Source: Candidatus Fermentibacteraceae bacterium (lineage in GTDB: Bacteria > Fermentibacterota > Fermentibacteria > Fermentibacterales > JCC-6). Taken from it: a stretch of DNA of 64,000 bases. Of this stretch, positions 9,234 to 17,758 are shown piece by piece. The position numbers were made by a program, and so were the translations under genes. Positions within the stretch are counted from its first letter, which is position 1. The number at the start of each line of letters is the position of its first letter. The DNA is taken from contig JAWLEP010000001.1 of the NCBI GenBank assembly GCA_041686025.1, positions 44,545-108,544 on the forward strand. The letters are read 5' to 3'. Under the pieces are notes generated by a model, which did not search any database, was not told the DNA's origin, and saw nothing but the letters and a program-made list of their open reading frames with translations.

Positions 9234-10757
9234 ATGACTGCTTTGGCAATGGCGGTGATACTGGCCGCCGCGCCCGATACGCTATGGACGAACGTCACCA
9301 GCGGGGGGGTCTACTCCTCGGTGGACATGGGTGACGTCTCCGGTGACGGCGTTCCCGACATAGCCTGCGGAGTGAACTTCTGGGACGACCAGCCTACCCT
9401 GTGGGGCATCTCTGGTGCGGACGGCGATACCCTGTGGACCTCGGATGAGTGCAAGGGCATCTACCAGGACGAGGGCCTGGTGGCCACGCCGGACGCCGAC
9501 GGGGACGGCTGGGGAGACCTGCTGATGGCCACGCCGGGAGGCTACGAGCCTCCGGGCCGGAGCCTTATCGCGGTCTCCGGCGCCGACGGCTCCATCATCT
9601 GGCAGTGGAGCGCCTACAACGCCGTGCCCGGAGGCACCGGCTGGGGCTACAGCTGCTGCCTGATGGAGGACTGGACCGGCGACGGCCATCCGGAGGCGGC
9701 AGGGGGCTTCGGGACCACCGGCTCCTCCGGCACCGGGCTGGCCGCCTGCCTGGACGGCCTGTCCGGGGACACCCTGTGGACCGCCTGGGCCGACGATGCG
9801 GTGGAGGACATCATCGCCGTCCCGGACGCCAACGGTGACGGAGTCCAGGACATCTGCCTGGGCATCGGGGGCAACTCCTACACGACTCTCACCCTGGTGC
9901 TGCTGGACGGGTCCACCGGCGAGCAGCTGTGGGCCGCTGACGGCGGCGGCGACGTCATGGGCCTGGCCCTGCTGGACCGCCAGGACACCACTCCCCTCAT
10001 CGTGACCTCCACCTGGGACGGCCAGTCCCGGGCCTTCAACCTCGGAGGTACGGAGGAGTGGGCCAACACCGGCCTCGGGGGCTGGCTGCTGGACGTAGCC
10101 GGCGGACCCGACCTCAACGGCGACGGGGTGAGCGAGGCGGCCCTGGCGGGAGACGACGGCGGCACAATCTGCCTCAACGGCGCCGACGGCGAGATACTCT
10201 GGAGCTATCCCACCGGGTCCAACACCTGGAGCGTGGCCTGGGCCGATTCGGTCTGGGTGGACGGCGAGCCCATACCGTGCGTAGCCGGCGGAGCGGTGAA
10301 CGGCAAGAGGGTGACCCTGGTGGACGCCACCAGCGGGGACCTGGTGTGGGAGCAGGCGTTCACGGAGCGGGTCTACAACGTGAACGTAGTGTCGCCGCTG
10401 GACCCCGCCTACCCCTCGCCGGTGGTGATGGCCGGACTGCAGGACCAGCAGCCGGAGCCCCATCACGCCTGGGCGCTGGCCACCTCGCTGGAGACGGCAG
10501 TGACCCAGGGAGGTGCCGGGTCCTCGGGTGGAGGCCTGCGGGTGAGCAACCCCTCGACGGGGTCCATGACGGTGGTTCCCCCGGGGGGAAGCTGGAGCCT
10601 GCGGGTCTACGACCTCTCCGGCAGGCTGATGCACAAGGGCACGGTGTCGGGAGAGACTGCGGTGGACCTGTCCGGCTGGGCCTCCGGATGCTACCTGGTA
10701 AGGGTCTCCGACGGCGAAGGGTCGGCACACGCCCGTAGCGTAACCGTTCTACGCTGA
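9234..10757 (+). CDS. FG-GAP/PQQ-like propeller protein with T9SS type-A C-terminal sorting domain
   Basis: Repeated DxxGDGxxD Ca-binding loops; tail SNPSTG..VYDLSGR..SGCYLVRV..SVTVLR. Confidence 0.82.
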   Translation: MTALAMAVILAAAPDTLWTNVTSGGVYSSVDMGDVSGDGVPDIACGVNFWDDQPTLWGISGADGDTLWTSDECKGIYQDEGLVATPDADGDGWGDLLMATPGGYEPPGRSLIAVSGADGSIIWQWSAYNAVPGGTGWGYSCCLMEDWTGDGHPEAAGGFGTTGSSGTGLAACLDGLSGDTLWTAWADDAVEDIIAVPDANGDGVQDICLGIGGNSYTTLTLVLLDGSTGEQLWAADGGGDVMGLALLDRQDTTPLIVTSTWDGQSRAFNLGGTEEWANTGLGGWLLDVAGGPDLNGDGVSEAALAGDDGGTICLNGADGEILWSYPTGSNTWSVAWADSVWVDGEPIPCVAGGAVNGKRVTLVDATSGDLVWEQAFTERVYNVNVVSPLDPAYPSPVVMAGLQDQQPEPHHAWALATSLETAVTQGGAGSSGGGLRVSNPSTGSMTVVPPGGSWSLRVYDLSGRLMHKGTVSGETAVDLSGWASGCYLVRVSDGEGSAHARSVTVLR

Positions 10758-10777
10758 ACCTCAGGCAGTCACGACAG

Positions 10778-10809
10778 GCAGAAGGGCCCGGCGCGCCGGG
10801 CCCTTCTGC
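10778..10809. terminator. Perfect 32-bp palindrome, likely bidirectional terminator
   Basis: GCAGAAGGGCCCGGCG|CGCCGGGCCCTTCTGC between convergent genes. Confidence 0.7.
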
Positions 10810-10812
10810 AAT

Positions 10813-10844
10813 GCAATAGCGAAAACGGAAGTTTTCGCTATTGC
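10813..10844. repeat. 14-bp perfect inverted repeat overlapping the recombinase stop codon
   Basis: GCAATAGCGAAAAC-GGAA-GTTTTCGCTATTGC. Confidence 0.8.
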
Positions 10845-11686
10845 TCTACATCGTAGAACCTGTCTATGGGACTCATCACCCGCAGGGGGCTCCTTTTCTT
10901 CGCCAGCTTGAGGTAGGGGGTGATCATCGAGGGGGTGCTTATGCCCAGCAGGTTCTGCACCAGCTTGCGGTCGATGCCGTCCTCGAGGAGATGGACGGCG
11001 AAGCTGTGGCGCAGCCATCCCAGCGTGGCGTGCTCCTCGATGCCGGCCTGCAGCAGGGCCTCGGTGAAGGCCCTCTGTATAGTCCTCGCCGATACGTAGT
11101 TGGACTTGCCCCTTCCGGGGAAGAGGTAGGGCGAGTCGTCTGTGCGGGCGTTGAGGTATCTGTTGAGAACGTCAACCGAGGCCTCGGAGAGGATGGTGTC
11201 CCTGATGGGCTCACCCTCCTTGTTGTTCACGTGAATGACCCGGTTGTCCATGTCGATGTTGGCCGTCCGCAGGTAGGATGTCTCTCCCACCCTGAGGCCG
11301 GAGGAGTAGACCAGCATCAGGGCCAGCCTGTACTTCAGCTCACCCACGTTCTGGAGGATGTTGTAGACCTGCTCCCTGTTGAAGATGCCGTGGAGGGGAA
11401 CCTTCTTGCTGACGATGCCGGGGCCCGGCAGGGGATTCTCCTTCTCCAGGTACTTTGTGTACAGGAAGCGTATGGCGCTCTGGGCCTGGTTTATGTAGGA
11501 GAGCGACTTGCCCTCGTCCACAAGCCCTTCCAGGTACTTCTTCAGCTCGTCCGTGGTCAGGCTGTCGGCCCGATCGCCGAACGTCTTGATAAGCCTGCGG
11601 ATGTGGGAGAGGTAGCTGTTGGCCGTCTTCGGGCTTCGCCCGGTCTTCTCCAGCAGCTCCCTGGTGCCGTTGACAAGGTCCGCCAT
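10838..11686 (-). CDS. Tyrosine recombinase/integrase homolog (SAM-like + catalytic domain) with degenerate active site
   Basis: YSSGLRVGE, LRHSFA.HLLE.G, LLG, terminal Y present. HxLR reads GWLR and LGH reads LGI. Confidence 0.88.
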   Translation of the reverse strand: MADLVNGTRELLEKTGRSPKTANSYLSHIRRLIKTFGDRADSLTTDELKKYLEGLVDEGKSLSYINQAQSAIRFLYTKYLEKENPLPGPGIVSKKVPLHGIFNREQVYNILQNVGELKYRLALMLVYSSGLRVGETSYLRTANIDMDNRVIHVNNKEGEPIRDTILSEASVDVLNRYLNARTDDSPYLFPGRGKSNYVSARTIQRAFTEALLQAGIEEHATLGWLRHSFAVHLLEDGIDRKLVQNLLGISTPSMITPYLKLAKKRSPLRVMSPIDRFYDVEQ

Positions 11687-11717
11687 GGTAGGAAACCCCT
11701 CTCTGTGAGTAATACTG

Positions 11718-11751
11718 TATGACCCCTTGAGCTAATATGACCCCTATAGCT
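11718..11751. promoter_or_regulatory. Tandem 16-bp direct repeat upstream of the recombinase
   Basis: TATGACCCCTTGAGCT (11718-11733) and TATGACCCCTATAGCT (11736-11751) in an AT-rich divergent intergenic region. Confidence 0.55.
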
Positions 11752-11857
11752 CGACTGGAACATATCATATAATTAAAGACCTGTCAATTTATACTCCCAT
11801 TGTGCTCCCGCGCGGTTCTTGACCGCGTAGGAGGTATAGGGCACACTAGGGGTACAC

Positions 11858-13621
11858 GTGCAGATCCGAGGGAGGGGGACGGCTGCTGTGACTCCGGGCT
11901 CGTTGGCCGCTGCTGCTCTGCTCTGCGAGACGGGGCACCGCACCTGGAGCGGCCCGTGGATGTCGCCGTGGAGCTTCGCCATGGCGGGCCTGCTGCTGAT
12001 CCCCCTGGCCATTGTCATCGTCTTCTTCCGGCAGAGGCGCAGCGAGCTGGCCGATGAGCCGGCCCCGGGAAAGCCCTCACCGCCTGAGGTGGAGGCCCAA
12101 CCCGCCGCCGTGGGCATTTCGTCCATCATCCGGGCCGCGGAGCGGCCGGGACTGGTCTTCGTGGACCCGGAGGGCTTCGTGGCGGAGCTGAACCGTAAGG
12201 CGCAGCGGCTGCTGGACGTTACCCGGGGAGACGCCATCGGCATCAGGGCCGCCGCCCTGCCCTGCCTGGACGACATCCAGCGTGAGAAGCTGGCGGAGGG
12301 GGAGGCCCTGGGCCCGGAGCTGTGGACGCTGGAGCACTCCACCGGGGAGCGGGTGAGGGCGGTGGTTACCTACACCCGGGTGGAATCCGGGACGGCGGTG
12401 GACGACGGCGGCGTGCTCACCCTGATGGACGCCGCCCACCTGAGGGACCCGGCGGAGGCCGGGGAGAACACGCTCAACGACCGCATCGCCGCCAGCAGCC
12501 TGGCCATAATGTCCACCGTGGTGCGGGGCTTCGCCCACGATCTGAACAACCTCCTGGCCGGAATAATAGGAGCGGCATCTCTGGGGGAGGCGGTGCACCC
12601 TCCGGAGGACCATGACGGCAGGAGGTTCAGGGCCATTCTCTCCGCAGCGGAGAGGGCGGCCTCCATCTCCGACGAGCTTCTGCAGGCCTCCGCCATGCGC
12701 GAGACAACGGACAGGCCGCTGGATCCGGTGGAGGAGGTCACCGAGATCACCGAGGCCCTGAGAAGCGTCCTCCCCCGAACCATGTCACTGGAGGTATCCA
12801 CGGGAAGGTCGATACCCATGATGATGGCCGACCGGTCGCTGCTCCGCCAGATATTCTACAGCCTGGCCCTGCGGTCCAGCGAGCTGCTGGAGGGAAGGGG
12901 CAGGATCTCCATCTCGGTGGAGTACGTGGGAGAGCCGGGAACCGACCCCCGCTTTGCGGGGCGGTGCGGCCTGCTGTGCTCCATGCCCTGCGTAAGCGTT
13001 AGCATGAACGACGGGCGGGTGGTTCCCCTGGAGCTGAGGGACCTGCTGGAGTCGGAGGAGAGCGATCCGCTGGAGATAGAGAGCAGGTTCGGGGCGGCCA
13101 TAGCATCGGTGTACCAGGCTGTACGGGCCCAGAGGGGAATGATCATCTTCACCCGGGAGCCCCGGTCCTCCACCTTCCGCGTGCTGCTAAGGGCGGCCGA
13201 GGGAGGAGCCGGCCCGGAAAAGGCGGCGGAGGAGGAGATAAGCGGAAGGGGCATATCGGTGCTGGTGGCAGAGGAGGAGACGCTGGTGAGGGAGACCACC
13301 AGGCAGATCCTCGAACACTACGGCTTCCTGGTGGCCGGAGCCGGAAGCGGAGACGAGGCCCTGGCGGTCTTCGAGCACGAGGGGTTTGACGTTCTGATCC
13401 TGGATGTCAACATGAAGGGAACGCCCGCCAGGGAGGTGGCCCGGACCTGCCGGGAGAGATGGCCCGACATGGCCATCCTCTTCACCAGCGGTTACGAGTC
13501 CCTCAGCGCCGGCGAGATGGACCTGGGAGGGCCCGGCATAGGCTTCATACGCAAGCCCTACATGCCGGAGGCCCTGGCTTTGAAGATACTGGACATGCTG
13601 GGAATGGGGAGAGAGACTTGA
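11858..13621 (+). CDS. Membrane-anchored PAS hybrid histidine kinase/receiver with degenerate ATPase domain
   Basis: TM segment, H-box FAHDLNNLL, REC (LILDVNM, TSGY, KPY). N and G boxes are not conserved. Start uncertain. Confidence 0.82.
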   Translation: MQIRGRGTAAVTPGSLAAAALLCETGHRTWSGPWMSPWSFAMAGLLLIPLAIVIVFFRQRRSELADEPAPGKPSPPEVEAQPAAVGISSIIRAAERPGLVFVDPEGFVAELNRKAQRLLDVTRGDAIGIRAAALPCLDDIQREKLAEGEALGPELWTLEHSTGERVRAVVTYTRVESGTAVDDGGVLTLMDAAHLRDPAEAGENTLNDRIAASSLAIMSTVVRGFAHDLNNLLAGIIGAASLGEAVHPPEDHDGRRFRAILSAAERAASISDELLQASAMRETTDRPLDPVEEVTEITEALRSVLPRTMSLEVSTGRSIPMMMADRSLLRQIFYSLALRSSELLEGRGRISISVEYVGEPGTDPRFAGRCGLLCSMPCVSVSMNDGRVVPLELRDLLESEESDPLEIESRFGAAIASVYQAVRAQRGMIIFTREPRSSTFRVLLRAAEGGAGPEKAAEEEISGRGISVLVAEEETLVRETTRQILEHYGFLVAGAGSGDEALAVFEHEGFDVLILDVNMKGTPAREVARTCRERWPDMAILFTSGYESLSAGEMDLGGPGIGFIRKPYMPEALALKILDMLGMGRET

Positions 13622-14304
13622 CCGCCGGAATCTGGCTGATACGAATCGGGGTGGCCGCCGCCGCAGGCGCCCTGGTGGGCGTGGAGCGGCAGATGCACGG
13701 CCGGCCCGCCGGCCTCAGAACGCACATGCTGGTGTCCGTGGCTTCGTGCCTGGTGGTGCTGGCCGGCCTCAGCCTGGCCTGCAGCAGCCAGCTGTCTGAG
13801 GTGCAGGCGGACGTCAGCAGGGTGGTGGCGGGGGTGGTCACCGGGATAGGCTTCCTGGGAGCAGGGGCCATCATAAAGACCGGGGACATAGTCCGCGGGC
13901 TCACCACGGCAGCCTGCGTCTGGTACACCGCTGTGGCCGGCGTCCTGGCCGCTCTGGGGCTGCTGGCGATGACCGGGGCTGCGGCCGTTCTGGCATTCCT
14001 GATACTCACCGTTCTGGACAGGCTGGAGGACCACATCCCCGTGGCGGTCTACAGGGACCTGCTGATCACCTGCTCCGACCACCTCCTCCACCAGATACCC
14101 GACGAGGTGGCGGAGGCCATAAGGGCTGCGGGAGCGGAGATCAAGTACACGGAGATGGAGCTGGCGGCGGCCGAGGGAACCTACAGGATGCTGTTCCATC
14201 TGAGGATGAGACAGGGCTCGGTGGACGGCGTGACCCTGGTGCGCCGGCTGGCCGGGCTGGAGGGCGTCCGGGGCGTCTCATGGCAGAGGCTGGAAGACCT
14301 GTAG
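13618..14304 (+). CDS. mgtC: MgtC/SapB family membrane protein
   Basis: GVERQ..GRPAGLRTHMLV, GIGFLGAGAI, GLTTAA.VW. TTGA overlap with the kinase stop. Confidence 0.9.
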   Translation: MTAGIWLIRIGVAAAAGALVGVERQMHGRPAGLRTHMLVSVASCLVVLAGLSLACSSQLSEVQADVSRVVAGVVTGIGFLGAGAIIKTGDIVRGLTTAACVWYTAVAGVLAALGLLAMTGAAAVLAFLILTVLDRLEDHIPVAVYRDLLITCSDHLLHQIPDEVAEAIRAAGAEIKYTEMELAAAEGTYRMLFHLRMRQGSVDGVTLVRRLAGLEGVRGVSWQRLEDL

Positions 14305-14482
14305 AGGGCCTCCAGTCGAAGGCCCGCCCGCTTCCGGCCCGCACCGCCGGGTATGGTGGCCGCGGTCTTCGATCCATATATTGCTTCGGACTTCGGGTAC
14401 TCGCGCGGCCGCGATGGCCCGCGCGCACGACTCCCGTCAGAATGCGCCGTTTACGAGGAAGAGATTCCCTGGAGGTTTGTCC

Positions 14483-15295
14483 GTGGCCCTGTTCGGGAGC
14501 TCCAGCAAGAAGTTCATCTCGGCCCTGAAGGCCGACCCCCCGGACTGGGAGAAGATGGTGTCCCTCTCCAGGGGAGGGCTCAGGCTGGAAACCGAGGACA
14601 AGGACAGCGGCGAGAACCTGCTGCAGCTGTTCGTGAACGTGGTCTGCGGCAGCGATTCCATACCCGAGGGAGCGGTGGAGGAGATTGCCGAGAACCTGGC
14701 CTCGGGCGGCTCCGACCTCAACCGCCACATCGGACCCATGGATGAGACGGCCCTGCAGCTGGCTTCCGCCAAGGACTGCCCCCGTCTGGTGGAGGCGCTT
14801 CTCTCCGCCGGAGCCTCGGTGGTCTCCGCCAGCAGCGGCGACATCTCAGCCCTCCATCTGGCGGTGAGGAACGGCACGGTGGCAGTAACAGCCCTGCTTC
14901 TGGATGCCGGAGCCGATCTGAACGCGGAGGACTCCAGGGGCAACACTCCCCTGCACTACGCGGTTGCCAGAGAGGGCTCGCGGGAGCTGGTCCGGCTGCT
15001 GCTGGACCGCGGCGCCCTGGCCTACGCCCGCAACGAAAAGAGTCAGACCCCGGCCGATGTGGCGGAGGAGTCGGGGAACGAGGACTACGTGCCCCTCCTG
15101 GAGGAGGCCCTGGAGAAGCTCCGGGGAAGAAGAAAGGTCAGCTGGACCTGCCCCAGGTGCAAGAACTCCATGCCCAGGCCCGACAACGAGAAGGTCCGCT
15201 GGTACCTGAGCATAGGCATGTGGGAGCACATGGTCTTCACCTGCGGCAACTGCGGTGAGGTCACTCCCGCGGTGGTCCTGGACGGAGAGCGCTAA
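14483..15295 (+). CDS. Ankyrin-repeat protein with C-terminal Zn-ribbon
   Basis: TALQLA, SALHLA, GNTPLHYA, TPADVA repeats; CPRC...CGNC. GTG after a GGAGG SD. Confidence 0.85.
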   Translation: MALFGSSSKKFISALKADPPDWEKMVSLSRGGLRLETEDKDSGENLLQLFVNVVCGSDSIPEGAVEEIAENLASGGSDLNRHIGPMDETALQLASAKDCPRLVEALLSAGASVVSASSGDISALHLAVRNGTVAVTALLLDAGADLNAEDSRGNTPLHYAVAREGSRELVRLLLDRGALAYARNEKSQTPADVAEESGNEDYVPLLEEALEKLRGRRKVSWTCPRCKNSMPRPDNEKVRWYLSIGMWEHMVFTCGNCGEVTPAVVLDGER

Positions 15296-16635
15296 CCTCC
15301 TTCCTCATCGGCGTCCCAGCCGAACAGCGGAGTGGCCGTCTTCCTGAACACGCTGTGGCAGGCCCTGCGGACCGGGTCCCTGTGCTCGGGGGCGCAGCTT
15401 ATGGTCAGCAGGCTCCTGTTGGGTACGGCCCGGCGCAGGTAGGTGCCGAAGGCGGGATCCAGCTCTTCCAGTCCCAGCACCCTTCCCCGCTTGTCCAGGA
15501 AGCGGATGTCCAGCCTGGTGAAGCGCTCCTCGGAGACCTTCACCGCCTCCAGGGGCAGGTCCACCATGACCAGCCGGGGGTCGATACCGGCCTCCCCGGC
15601 TATGTCCCTCTCCAGGGACTTCGCAATCTCGGAGGTCTCGCCGCCGCCGTCGGCCAGGGACCTCAGGAAGCCCTTCTCGGTCTCCGTGCTGGTGGCCGCG
15701 TCTATTCGGAACACCCGCGAGAACAGCCCCTGGCGGTACTTCACCCGCCAGGCCATATCCCTCACCCAGTCGTCGGAGGACCCGGTGCAGAGGAAGCTCA
15801 GCAGCTCGTCGTCCGTCATCCGGACGAAATCGGAGACCTCGGCCAGTTCCACGATGCTCTTCCGGGCCGCCCGGAGCAGCATCTGATCCACGATCCGGGT
15901 CTTCTTGTGCAGGTATACGCTGGAGTACATCTGCAGCCTGGCGTGGAGGAAGTCGCGCACCGCGTCCAGTCCCTTGGAGAGGAACATGAGCCTGTCGTCG
16001 TGGACCACCATGGTGCTTATGAGGCGGTCCACCTCTATGTGCCCGAAGGCCACTCCGGTGAAGTGGAAGTCGCGCTGCAGGTAGTCCAGCATGTCCGCGT
16101 CCACCTCGCCGAAGATCATCTGCTGCAGGAAGGGCTTTCCCCCGTAACGGCTGCATATGAGCGCGGCCACCTCTTCGGGGTCGACGCCGTGGTCCTCCAG
16201 TATGGCGGGAATCCTGCCGCAGCCCCGTATGCCCATGGTCTGCCTGCCGGTGACCAGGTCCGACACCAGGTCCATGTGGTCCCGGCCGGTGAGCTCCAGG
16301 TAGAGGGGCTCCAGGGTGTGCGACCAGGGGGTGTGGCCTATGTCGTGGAGCATGCCGGCGGCCTCCAGCATCCTCACCATGCCCGAGCCCCCGTCCGGGC
16401 CGTCGCATACCCTCTCTCCCAGCACGTGACGGGCGATCCTTCCGGCCAGGTGGGAGACGCCCAGGGCGTGGGATAGACGCATGCCGTGGGCCCCGGGGTA
16501 GCACTGGAAGGTGGTGCCCAGCTGATGCACGAAGCTCAGCCTCTGTACCTCCACCGTCTTCAGCAGGTCCTCCTGGATGGGGGAGAGCCTGATGCTTCCC
16601 AGTACCGGGTCCCTTACGTACATGACCTTTCTCAT
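15292..16635 (-). CDS. HD-domain phosphohydrolase (SAMHD1/YdhJ-like dNTPase family)
   Basis: RDPV.G, QRL..VHQLG, YPGA...R.SH.LG, LHDIGH..WSH, DADMLDYL.RD, MY..VY.HK. Confidence 0.9.
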   Translation of the reverse strand: MRKVMYVRDPVLGSIRLSPIQEDLLKTVEVQRLSFVHQLGTTFQCYPGAHGMRLSHALGVSHLAGRIARHVLGERVCDGPDGGSGMVRMLEAAGMLHDIGHTPWSHTLEPLYLELTGRDHMDLVSDLVTGRQTMGIRGCGRIPAILEDHGVDPEEVAALICSRYGGKPFLQQMIFGEVDADMLDYLQRDFHFTGVAFGHIEVDRLISTMVVHDDRLMFLSKGLDAVRDFLHARLQMYSSVYLHKKTRIVDQMLLRAARKSIVELAEVSDFVRMTDDELLSFLCTGSSDDWVRDMAWRVKYRQGLFSRVFRIDAATSTETEKGFLRSLADGGGETSEIAKSLERDIAGEAGIDPRLVMVDLPLEAVKVSEERFTRLDIRFLDKRGRVLGLEELDPAFGTYLRRAVPNRSLLTISCAPEHRDPVRRACHSVFRKTATPLFGWDADEEGG

Positions 16636-16672
16636 CCCGCGCACCTTCCGGTTCGGCTGCGTGGCTTCGCGA

Positions 16673-17668
16673 TCACCTTCTCCTGAGGGGGCCGGCTCCG
16701 AAGACGATGCGGTACAGCTGCGCCGCGCCCAGCCCCACTCCTCTCCATCCGCCGAGCAGCGCCGCCAGGACGGTGGGGGCGCCCCTGCGGTACCGCAGGG
16801 CTCCCAGGACCCTGCTCCTGTCCGGGCAGGCGGACAGGAGCCTGGGTACCGACTCCGGCACCGGGGCCCCCACCTCGGCAGCGGCGGCCAGCATGTCCCC
16901 CGCGGCGGGGCCCAGGCCCGAGCGGCACAGCCACAGCGAGAGCCCCGGCCAGCCGCCTCCCCCGGATAACTTCCCGCAAGCCGCCGCGATGTCAACCCAC
17001 TGCCGGGGGATGTTCTCGCTTTCGGTGAGGGCGTGGATCAGCAGCATCATCAGCGTGTCGGGCCAGGAAGGTGCGCCCAGGCCCGGTTCCAGCCTCCGGC
17101 AGGGCACGAACAGAGAGTCCGGCAGCCTCCCGGGGAAGAGGGCGGGAAAGTAGAAGGGATGGGTGTGCAGCTCCACCAGGATCCCCTCCGGAGAGACCAG
17201 CTTCAGCTCCGAGACCGTGCCGGACGTCAGCAGCGGCCTCCCGGGACAGAGGACCCTCCATCCCAGGGAGGTGAAGGCCAGCTCGGCCCGCAGCAGCTGC
17301 GACGGCCTCACCATCAGGTCCACATCCCCCATGGGGCGGGCCCCCAGAAAGGGGTAGACGCTCTGCGACAGGTCCCAGCCCTTCACGGCCACCGGCCGCA
17401 GCCCCGCCCGCCGCATCAGGCGGCAGGGCTCCTCCAGCGCCCTGTTCCTCCGCAGCCATCCCGCCGCCAGCGCCAGGGCCATGCTCCGGCCTTCGCCGTC
17501 TCCGTACCGGGAGCCCAGAAGCGGCCACAGGGGATGGTCCCCGGCGGGAGCGGGACCTTCGTAGCCTCCCGGGGGAAACCCGCGGCCGGCCCATCGGCAG
17601 GCGGCGGCGGTGACTGGGTCCCGCCCCGATGCAGGGGATCGGGCAATGGTCCGTGCGCGTTTGTCCAT
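16673..17668 (-). CDS. Uncharacterised nucleotidyltransferase family protein
   Basis: AVKG..L...YP..G.RPMGDVDL.V and VELH motifs. Start approximate. Confidence 0.75.
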   Translation of the reverse strand: MDKRARTIARSPASGRDPVTAAACRWAGRGFPPGGYEGPAPAGDHPLWPLLGSRYGDGEGRSMALALAAGWLRRNRALEEPCRLMRRAGLRPVAVKGWDLSQSVYPFLGARPMGDVDLMVRPSQLLRAELAFTSLGWRVLCPGRPLLTSGTVSELKLVSPEGILVELHTHPFYFPALFPGRLPDSLFVPCRRLEPGLGAPSWPDTLMMLLIHALTESENIPRQWVDIAAACGKLSGGGGWPGLSLWLCRSGLGPAAGDMLAAAAEVGAPVPESVPRLLSACPDRSRVLGALRYRRGAPTVLAALLGGWRGVGLGAAQLYRIVFGAGPLRRR

Positions 17669-17758
17669 ACCGAATAGTCTACCCCTGTGGGGGGCGCTGT
17701 CGAGGCCGGTTTTGCGCCCCCGGGCGCCGCGGCTATATTCCTCCGCCCGGGAGGTAGT

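Noticed and set aside
10838..11857. Integron (IntI + attI/attC) or prophage
   Set aside because: The protein appears to lack the IntI-specific insertion, no attC-like cassette array or phage genes are adjacent, and the active site is degenerate.
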